Source of the DNA: Candidatus Poribacteria bacterium
GTDB lineage: Bacteria; Poribacteria; WGA-4E; PCPOR2b
Assembly: GCA_965208325.1 (NCBI GenBank)
Contig: OZ242326.1
Coordinates: 4,576,001-4,640,000 of the forward strand
Reading direction: 5' to 3'
Length of the DNA stretch: 64,000 nt
How positions within the stretch are numbered: the stretch's first letter is position 1; each line of letters begins with the position of its first letter. Both the position numbers and the translations under genes were made by a program. Below the pieces are notes generated by a model that saw only the letters and a list, made by a program, of their open reading frames with translations, did not search any database and had not been told where the DNA came from. Positions 9,770-19,166 of the stretch are shown in pieces.

Positions 9770-10951
9770 CTATCTAGCATCCCAACTTGCGATAAATTCT
9801 TCTATGCCAAAATCAGACGGCATTTCGTAGAAATTATAGCGCATCGGACCAGACTGAAAACCGGGCAGGTACTGCTCCGTATCCGACTGGAGTTTTGCGT
9901 CCAATGGCGCGAACCGATTCCAGAGCGTTTCAATCTGCGCCGGCGAAAAGCGGTTGCCAATGTCTTGAGACCTTGTAATATCCCCTCCGTATCCCGGAGG
10001 CCTAAATCGAATCTTAAACGCAAATTTGGATAACAGGGTGACACACACCATCCGTCCACTCTCGCCCGGATGGAGCGCGGCAATTCCCTCACGAAATGCG
10101 TCAGCATCTTTGTCAATCATTGCGTGAAACACCGATGCGATACGATTGCACTCGTCGTCGAGTAGGTTGCAATATCCTTCGAAGATCTCTCGTCCCCGGG
10201 GCGAAAGATACTCGCCAAAATCCAATCTCCAATACGGGTGAGCGACATACGGAAAGATTGGACCTCCGAATGCGCGGTAGCCGAGATGAATTGTTCGCCT
10301 GAGTTGGGGACTGTAGTCGCTGCCCCAATGAAAGATTGTATTGGTATAGGCAACGGCGTCCCCGGCTTTGAGTTCCACTGGAATGCCGTTCGGAAGCGGA
10401 ACGCGGCTGTTCTCAAGCAACTGGCGGTTCTCCTCGTCCGTATTGGATCGGCGGTGGCTGCCCGGTACAACCCACAGCACGTCATCATCATAAAGAGGTA
10501 TGTTCCATTGCACATAGCCGGGTGCATTTTCTAGCATGTCCGACTGTAAACCGCCCAACGGAGCTTGATCCATGGGGTGAATGTCGCGATGCCAGTGCGA
10601 CGGCCCATGGTCTCGCACGGGATTGCACATGAGCGCCATTAACGTCACGGTTGCTTCCTTCGACCGCATTAATTGGCAGCTAACACCTCGTGTATTTTCG
10701 TGCAAGCAAAACTCAATTGTGTCAGCGGTTGCTTTGTCTGCAACGTTGGAAAACATTACCCGCGGCTGTGGACTGGTCTCCCATTCACCGCCGGGCGGCG
10801 CATCGGGTTTGCGGTTTTGCGCCCAGATTGCCTTTTGCCGTTCAACCGTGATTTCAAAACTGTCGCGCAGCTGATTTAACCGTTCAGGGGGAATGGCACT
10901 GCGTAGAATGATGAAGCCGTCATCAAGTATCTGTTGGGGATTAACCTTCAT
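9770..10951 (-). CDS. PhyH-family Fe(II)/2-oxoglutarate dioxygenase
   Basis: DDGFIIL, WHRD (HxD), LWVVPGSH, LKAGDA...FHWG; AAGGAG RBS before ATG 10951. Confidence 0.85.
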   Translation of the reverse strand: MKVNPQQILDDGFIILRSAIPPERLNQLRDSFEITVERQKAIWAQNRKPDAPPGGEWETSPQPRVMFSNVADKATADTIEFCLHENTRGVSCQLMRSKEATVTLMALMCNPVRDHGPSHWHRDIHPMDQAPLGGLQSDMLENAPGYVQWNIPLYDDDVLWVVPGSHRRSNTDEENRQLLENSRVPLPNGIPVELKAGDAVAYTNTIFHWGSDYSPQLRRTIHLGYRAFGGPIFPYVAHPYWRLDFGEYLSPRGREIFEGYCNLLDDECNRIASVFHAMIDKDADAFREGIAALHPGESGRMVCVTLLSKFAFKIRFRPPGYGGDITRSQDIGNRFSPAQIETLWNRFAPLDAKLQSDTEQYLPGFQSGPMRYNFYEMPSDFGIEEFIASWDAR

Positions 10952-11001
10952 TGTTGTTATCTCCTTGAACAAACTATCGCGGGATGTTCCTGTATTGCTA
11001 T

Positions 11002-11694
11002 TTATCGCTTGATGGTTTTTGCCTGCTCCAACGTCTGATGGCTGAGAATTCGCTGCCGGTCCACAGGCCGCAAATGAGGTTCTACCTGCCGCACAAATTC
11101 CTGTAACGTCTCCGAGGCTGAGGTGCTAGTTGTATCTATAGTGATTTTTGCATCAATTATTGAGTTAGTATAGACTTCTTGAAATCGATCTAACACGGTT
11201 TCGATATCCTGCGAATGTTTGAGGGGGCACCGGGGACGCGGTGCCTGCCGCATGCGATTGCGGATTACATCCGGTGACGCTTTCACGAGTACCAATACCA
11301 TATCCGGCGCCAAAACTTTTAGATCGGTTTCGATGAACCGCGCAAGGTATTGGCGGTCGTGTCCGCCGAGATTCGGATAATACAGCGGTACATATACAGC
11401 GTCGGCGTAGTACCAGTTTTCAATCAGGAAATCATCGCGATGGTAAAGCACAGGCTGCAGATGATAAACGAATTGGAATCGCTGAAACTGTTCGACAAAC
11501 GAAGGGACTTTCTCAAGGAGTTCCATAACGGTCTCTTCGATTTCGTCCGTAGCTTCTCCTTGACCCACATTTGGCAGCGTGAAGTGGTCGTGGCAGCCGG
11601 TATAGCTTCCCATGGTTTGCGCAATCCAATCGGTGATTCCGTTAACTAGCGTCGTTTTGCCAGCATACTCGCAGCCGATTATAAAAATTCGCAT
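11002..11694 (-). CDS. P-loop NMP-kinase-like protein
   Basis: N-terminal IIGCEYAGKTT Walker A; LVLVKASPDVIRNR lid region; IDTT near the C-terminus; GGAGG RBS. Confidence 0.75.
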   Translation of the reverse strand: MRIFIIGCEYAGKTTLVNGITDWIAQTMGSYTGCHDHFTLPNVGQGEATDEIEETVMELLEKVPSFVEQFQRFQFVYHLQPVLYHRDDFLIENWYYADAVYVPLYYPNLGGHDRQYLARFIETDLKVLAPDMVLVLVKASPDVIRNRMRQAPRPRCPLKHSQDIETVLDRFQEVYTNSIIDAKITIDTTSTSASETLQEFVRQVEPHLRPVDRQRILSHQTLEQAKTIKR

Positions 11695-11922
11695 CTATGT
11701 CCTCCCGAGTGAATACCAAGTTACGGCGGCGCCTCCCACCGTCGTGCGGCCAAGCGGAAAAGTCCCCAAGCCCTGGAAACTTACGAGCGTGAGTGCGTTG
11801 CATCGCCGCTCAATAATGCCGTAGGAAGAGTTGTAAAACTACACGGTTTAAATTCCGCCTATTATATCACACACCATAGACTAGGTAAACAGGATTACCG
11901 TTTCACGGGCATGGCTAAGGTG

Positions 11923-14421
11923 CTATTCCTTTGAATCTAAACGCGGAACTATCACTGCTCCGGCAATATAAATGCCAATTGCCGCCAGGATTACAGTACT
12001 AAACCCAAACGAAATTGCAAGGCAGGTTGCCAGAATTGCGCTCACCACTGAAGCATAACCGTTTATTGCCCATGCCCACGCGATCAGGTGTGGATTGCGA
12101 TTTCTCAGCAGGTCTATCCCGAGCGGAAACGGCATTCCCATAAAAAACGCCAGCGGGGCAATGAGTGAAATTGAGACTGTTATTTTTATCGGGTCCGGGC
12201 TTGCCAGGAAACGATGGAAGATTGGGTTAAACAAGAGGAGATAGAGCAGCGCAATTGCCGATAACACGCCGATTGCAACGGGAATGGGATACCGCAGCGG
12301 AAATTTTACTTTGAATTTTAGGATTGTGTCCCTGAATCGCAGCGAGAAAAAACTGCCTAACCCTGCAAAAACAAGAAATGCACTGAGCACGACCGCGACG
12401 GCATAAGTCGGGTGGGAGAGCAGGAGAAGGAATTTCTGAATGAACGCCATCTCAATAAACATGAAGGCGGCGCCCAAGCTGAAGAAATAGCCGAGTATAC
12501 TCCAATATTTGATTCTACGCGGTTGACCACTGGTTGGTGTTCGAGAAGTTGTATCCCTACCTTGTCGGGTAATACACACGGATTGGCGCTTTGAAAGGAT
12601 GAGCGGCACGAGGATTAGGATGAATCCCACTAAAACAGCTTGCAGCAGGGTTGCAATAAGAAGTAGATAACCCCACTCAATGAACGGGATGGAACTCCTG
12701 CCGGCTGCGCGAATCATTTGAAATAGCGAATCTAACCGAAGAAAACGAAAAAAATACGGGCGATCGTCGGTCGCGGGACGGGTGTAAAATAGATACTCGC
12801 TGTAGAACCGCTTTCGATTCTCGAACAGAATCGACTGTGCTGCGCGGAAATAGATTGGTTCGGTTAGTTGGTTATACCGGTTTGCCTCTGATTCACCCAT
12901 GTCGGGATAGTAGGCGGTGTCGAAAGAACGCTCGCCGCAAAAATTGCGAATTATCGCCCGTTCATGCGGATGGAAACGACTGTTTTTAATCAGGAGTGTA
13001 CCTGTTCGCCAGCCACGAATCATGACTAATTTTTCAGCGGGATTTTGCTCGCCGTTCCGCTCGAGTGCTTCGACCGCTGTACCAAACAGCTTAATCATAT
13101 CTCGCGGCGGCGTTTTCAACCAGCGCGTAATTGACACGATACCGTTGGGATTCAGATGTTGCAAGAGTTCCGTAATTGCTTCTACCGTGTAAAGATAGCT
13201 CTCACTCAGGGCGTGTGTGCCCGCGGCGGACGCATTCACAGAATCCAACAGTGCGATTTGGATGAGGTCGTATTTCCCCGCCATCGATCTCACAAATCCC
13301 CGCGCTTCAGCGTTGTAAACTCGAACCGGATAAGCCGAATTCGAGGCGTAAATATTCCCTGCGAAATCCCCGTGCACTTTCTCCACCAAATTGACGATTT
13401 GGGGATTCAATTCAACAGCGTCGACGGAACTTGCGCTGTGATATAAGGCGTTGAGAACGTCGCTCCCGCCGCCTGCGCCTAACACGAGTACACGCGGCCT
13501 CTTGAGCAGGTGGTACGCCAATGCCGAAGTTGTGTCGTCCAGATAAGCCAGTTTCGATAGGTCTCCATCGAAATTGGTGATTGCAGTCATTGCGTCTGCG
13601 TCAGTGAATACGCCCAACTGCGCCGGTATCGGGTGTTGTGATGTCAAGCTTAAGCCTGGCGCAGATCGAATGGACTCGCTCCGAACAACGTGCAAAGCGC
13701 CAAGTGGACTGTTTGCCTCGCTCAGAACTTCTGCATCAGGAAAGTTCAGTGTAGCCTCCAGACCCTTGTAAGGCGAAACTTTAATTGAGATTGGCTTGAG
13801 CAACAAGCAGCCGATAAATAGTGCGCCGCCGACTGTAATCAGACTAATCCCACGCCAATGGGTTCTTAGACTACCCAGATTAGAGATTAAGACTCCACAT
13901 ATCCCAATGGCTGAAATCACGATGAGAATGGCGGCGGGGGGAACCACGTACATGAAAAAAACAACGCCGAACGCACCGATTCCCGACCCGAGGAGATCGA
14001 AAAAATAGAGCCGATTTACGTGTCGGTTGAATCGCAGCAGCGCCGTGCCGATGCACGCTGCGCCGAAAAAAAATGGGACGGATAGTATGAGGTATTGCGC
14101 GAGAAGGGACAGCATTTGACCCGGTTGCCAAATTAGCATAAACGGGTTAAATGGCACATTCTGGTTCAAGGCAAAACAAACGGGGACACTGATTGAGAAT
14201 ATCATCCCGGAGATGCTGTAGGACAGTTCAAAACGCTTCATCAGCCAACCCTGCGCGAGGAAAATCACGCTCCCGCTTGCACCAAATCCGAGCAACGCAA
14301 GGCTGATAATCATGTAAGCGAAATGACCCCACTGGCCGATTGAGAAAAGGCGCATCAGGGTAATTTCGTACGCGATAATAGAACCGGATATCAGTGAAAT
14401 TGAAATGAAGTAACGAGTCAT
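11923..14421 (-). CDS. Membrane spermidine-synthase-like SAM-dependent methyltransferase
   Basis: N- and C-terminal TM bundles; VLVLGAGGGSD and AVELNPQI; ATDDRPYF; MGMPFPLG; WAWAINGYASV. Confidence 0.8.
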   Translation of the reverse strand: MTRYFISISLISGSIIAYEITLMRLFSIGQWGHFAYMIISLALLGFGASGSVIFLAQGWLMKRFELSYSISGMIFSISVPVCFALNQNVPFNPFMLIWQPGQMLSLLAQYLILSVPFFFGAACIGTALLRFNRHVNRLYFFDLLGSGIGAFGVVFFMYVVPPAAILIVISAIGICGVLISNLGSLRTHWRGISLITVGGALFIGCLLLKPISIKVSPYKGLEATLNFPDAEVLSEANSPLGALHVVRSESIRSAPGLSLTSQHPIPAQLGVFTDADAMTAITNFDGDLSKLAYLDDTTSALAYHLLKRPRVLVLGAGGGSDVLNALYHSASSVDAVELNPQIVNLVEKVHGDFAGNIYASNSAYPVRVYNAEARGFVRSMAGKYDLIQIALLDSVNASAAGTHALSESYLYTVEAITELLQHLNPNGIVSITRWLKTPPRDMIKLFGTAVEALERNGEQNPAEKLVMIRGWRTGTLLIKNSRFHPHERAIIRNFCGERSFDTAYYPDMGESEANRYNQLTEPIYFRAAQSILFENRKRFYSEYLFYTRPATDDRPYFFRFLRLDSLFQMIRAAGRSSIPFIEWGYLLLIATLLQAVLVGFILILVPLILSKRQSVCITRQGRDTTSRTPTSGQPRRIKYWSILGYFFSLGAAFMFIEMAFIQKFLLLLSHPTYAVAVVLSAFLVFAGLGSFFSLRFRDTILKFKVKFPLRYPIPVAIGVLSAIALLYLLLFNPIFHRFLASPDPIKITVSISLIAPLAFFMGMPFPLGIDLLRNRNPHLIAWAWAINGYASVVSAILATCLAISFGFSTVILAAIGIYIAGAVIVPRLDSKE

Positions 14422-14824
14422 TGGGGTAGATGCTTATTTGCCGCGCAGTTAGTTTGGTTGCCAGATTGGGTCGAGGTAAACCTATCACCCACAGTTGCGA
14501 TTTCAATCAATGCAGTGCCAGATTCGGTATTAATGATTTGGACTGTAGGAGGTTCCGAGTGTCGCGACGCTCGTAACTGCAAAGTGCCGCGTATTGTGGG
14601 CGATACATTACACCTGTGACTTTAATGGTATCGTCTTGGTTTAGCCGCTCAAACTGCACTGGTCACAGGCTTCTTCTTTTGCGAACAATCGCGACGAAGA
14701 TTACTTTTTATCAAAGTCTAGTAGAAATTCCGCTCACCGTCAACGACAATTCGTTGTTCTTTCGACTCCGCATGCATCTCGCAAAGGGCCGAAGTTACTT
14801 CCTCGTGACAATACGACAGATATT

Positions 14825-14853
14825 TTGCTTTTTTCTCGCTGTTGTGCTATAAT
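14825..14853 (+). promoter_or_regulatory. Sigma-70-type promoter for 14955-15875
   Basis: TTGCTT-17 nt-TATAAT with TG extension. Confidence 0.6.
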
Positions 14854-14954
14854 TTCAAACCATCTTGAGGTCAGAAATCGCTATGGTGTTTATTGGCCTC
14901 CTTAGTCCCTCTCAGCTAAATGCCACAGAAATTCACACGTGAGGTAATCAAGCG

Positions 14955-15875
14955 ATGCAATACAATAAAGCGAATCGAACATTTGATTGCGAACCCACCC
15001 TCACCGACACACAAATTCTAGACTTTTGTAAGAATGGTTACATCATCTTGGAAGGTGTTGTCGATGAAGAAACGAACCAACGAACATGTGATTACTTGGA
15101 AGGAAGGCTGCCTGCTAACCCCAGTTACATTCCGAAAGGACTTACAACTGCAGATTTAGAACGGATTCGTAACTCTCACGAACCCAGCACAATTTTTCTT
15201 GAGGATTGGTTCGTTGAAAACACGCTTCTCAACCGTGAAGTCTGCGGCGCCCTCCGATCATTGCTCGGTAAAAACGTCGGGCTTCCGGTATTGGTTAGTC
15301 ATCACCGCGCTCAATGCCCCTCGCCTCCACAAGGGTGGCATCATGATGCCGACCATGTGTTTGGACCAGAACTAAATTTTGTTGAAGTGTTCTATTATCC
15401 TCAGGACACCCCAGAAGAATTAGGACCAACTGAAATTGTGCCTGGATCGCACATTCAACCCACGCATAGAGGGCCTGAAGACAGAGGGGTTCTATCCTCT
15501 GGTCCTGCTGGTTCACTTATCATCCACCATCAATGTATTCTTCACCGTAAAGGCCCGTCCACCGCTACAGGAACGCGCCACATGCTAAAATACAACTGTT
15601 GGCGCACCGCTGCACCAGATAGGGATTGGATTGTTGAACCCGAATTTGACTTACACACTACCTATTACGGCGGACACACTACGGCTAGATATGTTGCCCA
15701 TATGTTCTACTGGTTGTGCGGCAAGGGAGATGAATTTCGGGTAATCGGCGGACAAGGGTGGCCGTGGTCAACGAATAACCAAATCGGCCCGTCCTATGGA
15801 TATGGGAAGTCGGAAGGTTATATTCCGAACTGGCGTTACAATAACGGTGACGGCTACGCGGACGCCCCAAACTAG
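14955..15875 (+). CDS. PhyH-family dioxygenase
   Basis: F.KNGY.IL, GWHHD, GPTEIVPGSH, ILHR, distal R; GAGG RBS. Confidence 0.85.
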   Translation: MQYNKANRTFDCEPTLTDTQILDFCKNGYIILEGVVDEETNQRTCDYLEGRLPANPSYIPKGLTTADLERIRNSHEPSTIFLEDWFVENTLLNREVCGALRSLLGKNVGLPVLVSHHRAQCPSPPQGWHHDADHVFGPELNFVEVFYYPQDTPEELGPTEIVPGSHIQPTHRGPEDRGVLSSGPAGSLIIHHQCILHRKGPSTATGTRHMLKYNCWRTAAPDRDWIVEPEFDLHTTYYGGHTTARYVAHMFYWLCGKGDEFRVIGGQGWPWSTNNQIGPSYGYGKSEGYIPNWRYNNGDGYADAPN

Positions 15876-15968
15876 GAAACGCGCAGACTGGTCGGACTAG
15901 TCATGGTATGGCCTTTGTATTGGTGCCAGAAGCACGGCGAGCAAGGCTAACCTAGCGAGAATTGTCAA

Positions 15969-16835
15969 GTGCACCGAGTATTCATCGGTGTCGATGCAAA
16001 TGACTATAAGGGAAAAATTCTGAGGCTCGCTGAACACATAAAAAGAGTTTTAATCTACACGGCGCTGTTGACCGTTTCGACGTGGGCTTTTTCTCTTGGA
16101 TCTGCGGCGTTAATTGACCGCGACGCCCTTGTAGTTGCGCTGCCATTTGACGAAGGTGTGGGCGATGAGGCTAAAGACGTTTCGCCGCATGGGAACCACG
16201 CGGTCCTAGTGGAAGGCGCTAGATGGGGTAACGGGAAGTTCGGAAAGTGCCTGAAGGTGAAAGAACCCGCTCGCGCAGAGGTCGCGAACAGTGAAAGCTT
16301 CCACTTGCATGGCACTGACTTTACGTTGGCAATGTGGATGAATTTTTCCAACGAACCCGGCGTGTTTGGTTTAATCGGACACGATGATGGCGGTGCAGCG
16401 CAGTCGAAGAAGGCAGTCTGGGAATTTTTAGGCGGTACGCTCGTGTTCCACATCAATCGAGCGGACAATAATGTCGACTGGCTGCGTTCTGAGTTTATTG
16501 GGACTCCTGAGCTTAACCGGTGGTACCACGCCGCACTTGTCAGGAAGGGAAAACAGTACACACATTATCTCGACGGTGAAGTGTTTGGTGAACAGACGGC
16601 AAAGGAGGAAATTCCCGAGGGAATCAACAACCCACTCACCATCGGCATGACAGAGCACTACCTGTTTTTCAACGGACTTATCGATGAAGCGGTCGTTGCG
16701 CACCAGGCGTGGACTCACCCGGACGTGCTGAAGCATTACAATGGAGGCATTCAGGGCGTTCTGTCAGTTGAACCTGGCGCGAAGTTGGCGGTAGCGTGGG
16801 GCGGCCTAAAGGCAAACCGTTCGTTCCGTAATTGA
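15969..16835 (+). CDS. LamG-like jellyroll protein, secreted (start uncertain)
   Basis: PFDEGVG..AKD.S..GN, GKFGKCL, FTLAMW, WYHAALV, YLDG, FNGLIDE motifs. Confidence 0.85.
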   Translation: MHRVFIGVDANDYKGKILRLAEHIKRVLIYTALLTVSTWAFSLGSAALIDRDALVVALPFDEGVGDEAKDVSPHGNHAVLVEGARWGNGKFGKCLKVKEPARAEVANSESFHLHGTDFTLAMWMNFSNEPGVFGLIGHDDGGAAQSKKAVWEFLGGTLVFHINRADNNVDWLRSEFIGTPELNRWYHAALVRKGKQYTHYLDGEVFGEQTAKEEIPEGINNPLTIGMTEHYLFFNGLIDEAVVAHQAWTHPDVLKHYNGGIQGVLSVEPGAKLAVAWGGLKANRSFRN

Positions 16836-17278
16836 GTTAATCCTTGCCTCATATGGTGATTTTTTCCAATCGTCCATTTCGCTGAATTTCCAAATACCAC
16901 CAAATCCTTTCACGTGGTTTTACCTTGAAACACCTATCCGCCAATTCCTTGTAATATAAGGACTAACGGGATAAATTGCGCATTCCGCATAGTGATGAGT
17001 CCAGGATGTAGATGATTGGTACGAAACTTAACCGTGCGACTGGAAAGCCCAAACCTGTCTAAATTAGTAATTATCCAGCGCAATGATCAATCTATCCTGA
17101 ATTTCGATGCTGCCGGGCGTCCGAATCCCGTCTACGGCCTGAATACGTGAGATGCCATTCTTCTTTTGGGTCATGGCGGCATGCGGAATGCTGCCATTCC
17201 ATGCGTCCATTTTCAATTTCTTATTACATTATCAACCTGTTTTACCCGTCGCAGGCGGGAAACATAAGATGGTGTTAG

Positions 17279-18013
17279 ATGCTCGATCATGTAGTATTAG
17301 AGAATCTACTCGTAATAGACGTTGAGACGGCTCCGGTTGAACCAGAATTGGAATCTTTGCCGAAGGCAATGCAGGTTGCATGGGAGTCGAAGGCGAGTAA
17401 ACACCGCAAGGATGATGTGGCGCCGCAAGATTATTTCTTTGAACGGGCAGCCATATTTGCGGAATTTGGGAGAATTGTGTGCATTTCAGTCGGTTATTTC
17501 TTAAAGGACAACGAAAGTACTGATAAGTTAAACTTTCGTATTAAATCGTTCTCAGGCCGCGAAGAAAGACCGATATTGGATGGGTTCATGGAGCTACTTA
17601 ACCATCCGCACTTTAATAAACCGGAAATCGGTTTGGCTGGCCATAACATCAAAGAGTTTGATGTTCCTTATATCTGCCGCAGGGCTTTGGTAAATGGATT
17701 AACGCTTCCCCAGATTTTGGATATTTCAGGCCGGAAGCCCTGGGAGACCAATTTTGTAGACACGATGAACCTGTGGAAGTTCGGGGACTACAAGAACTAC
17801 ACTTCTTTAGCCTTGCTCACTTCACTGTTTGGTCTACCCACCCCTAAAGATGATATTGATGGGAGCGAGGTAGGAGCGGTCTTTTGGCACGAAGATGATG
17901 TGGATCGAATCACCCGGTACTGCCAGAAGGACGTGCTTGCGGTTGCGCAGCTCTTGCTTCGTTTCAAAGGCATGCCAGTACTAGATAACGAGGATGTCAC
18001 GATTGGGGATTAA
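17279..18013 (+). CDS. PolB-related stand-alone 3'-5' exonuclease (DEDD)
   Basis: IDVET (ExoI), GHNIKEFD (ExoII), YCQKD (ExoIII). Confidence 0.85.
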   Translation: MLDHVVLENLLVIDVETAPVEPELESLPKAMQVAWESKASKHRKDDVAPQDYFFERAAIFAEFGRIVCISVGYFLKDNESTDKLNFRIKSFSGREERPILDGFMELLNHPHFNKPEIGLAGHNIKEFDVPYICRRALVNGLTLPQILDISGRKPWETNFVDTMNLWKFGDYKNYTSLALLTSLFGLPTPKDDIDGSEVGAVFWHEDDVDRITRYCQKDVLAVAQLLLRFKGMPVLDNEDVTIGD

Positions 18014-18229
18014 TGAATCACATCAAGTATTACCCCCATCAAGCAGATGGAAAGGTTTTCCAATTTCTGTTCAAACTATTGGCGAGGAGCCTGATAAAAA
18101 GTTTTATTGAGTGATAGCGCGTCGGCTGAAAGTTTGGGAAATGATAGGATTGCCAGATGCCTACCTTAATACAACAAATTATTGAAAGACCACCGCACAT
18201 GTATGTGAGAAAGATGGAGGGCCTCCACG

Positions 18230-19153
18230 ATGGAATACGATAAAACCAATAGGACATTTGACTGCGAACCCACCCTTAACGACACGCAAGTTTTGGAATT
18301 TTGCAAAAATGGGTTTTTAATTTTGGAGGGTGTTGTCCAAGATGACATAAATCAGCGTACATGCGATTACCTGGACGGAAAAATTCCGGCTCAACCCAGT
18401 TATATTCCCGAAGGACTCACGCATGAAGATTTAGAGCGAATTCGTAATTCGCATGAACCCAGCACAATCTTCCTTGAAGACTGGTTTGTCGAGCATGTTG
18501 TGCTCAATCCTCAGGTCGCGGGGGTAGTGCGGTCGCTTCTCGGAAGGAACGTCGGGTTGCCCGTGCTAATGAGTCTTCATCGTGCTGAATGTCCAGGCCC
18601 TGCGCAGGGGTGGCATCATGATGCAGACCACGTATTTGGGCCTGAGGTTCGTTTTATTCAGGCATTTTACTACCCGCAGGACACGCCATTGGAGATGGGC
18701 CCAACGGAGATTGTGCCAGGATCGCACATTCGCCCTACCCACCGTGAGGCGGGAGAGAAAGGCCTTTCAACTAGCGCCCCCGCCGGTTCGTTTGTCATCC
18801 ACTTTTTTCAGATCCTTCATCGCCGCGGCGAAGCCACTGGCGAAGGGGTTCGGCATATGCTGAAATATAACTATTGGCGTACAGTGCCGCCGCAAAGAGA
18901 TTGGATTGTTGAACCGGGCTTCAACTTTCATACTGCCGACTATGGGAGCCATGGTATTGCCAGATACATTGCGCACATGTTCTATTGGCTTTGCGGAAAA
19001 GCTGATGAATTTCGGATAATCGGAGGTCAGGCGTGGCCGTATTCAGGTTCAAGCATGAACCAGATTGGGAAAACCTATGGATTCGGAGAGCCGGAAGGTT
19101 TTATTCCAAACTGGCGGCACAATAACGCCGACAATTACTCAACACCATCATGA
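18230..19153 (+). CDS. PhyH-family dioxygenase, close paralog of 14955-15875
   Basis: Collinear with 14955-15875; GWHHD...ILHR; GGAGG RBS. Confidence 0.85.
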   Translation: MEYDKTNRTFDCEPTLNDTQVLEFCKNGFLILEGVVQDDINQRTCDYLDGKIPAQPSYIPEGLTHEDLERIRNSHEPSTIFLEDWFVEHVVLNPQVAGVVRSLLGRNVGLPVLMSLHRAECPGPAQGWHHDADHVFGPEVRFIQAFYYPQDTPLEMGPTEIVPGSHIRPTHREAGEKGLSTSAPAGSFVIHFFQILHRRGEATGEGVRHMLKYNYWRTVPPQRDWIVEPGFNFHTADYGSHGIARYIAHMFYWLCGKADEFRIIGGQAWPYSGSSMNQIGKTYGFGEPEGFIPNWRHNNADNYSTPS

Positions 19154-19166
19154 AAGGTTGGGGTCA

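Noticed and set aside
17017..17031. Sigma-54-like TGGTAC-GAAAC-TTAA
   Set aside because: Lacks the required GC at -12. TGGCAC at 7304 likewise has no -12 element.
17114..17135. Degenerate GTAG REP-like hairpin on the minus strand
   Set aside because: Only a 4-bp perfect stem; too weak without genome-wide counts.
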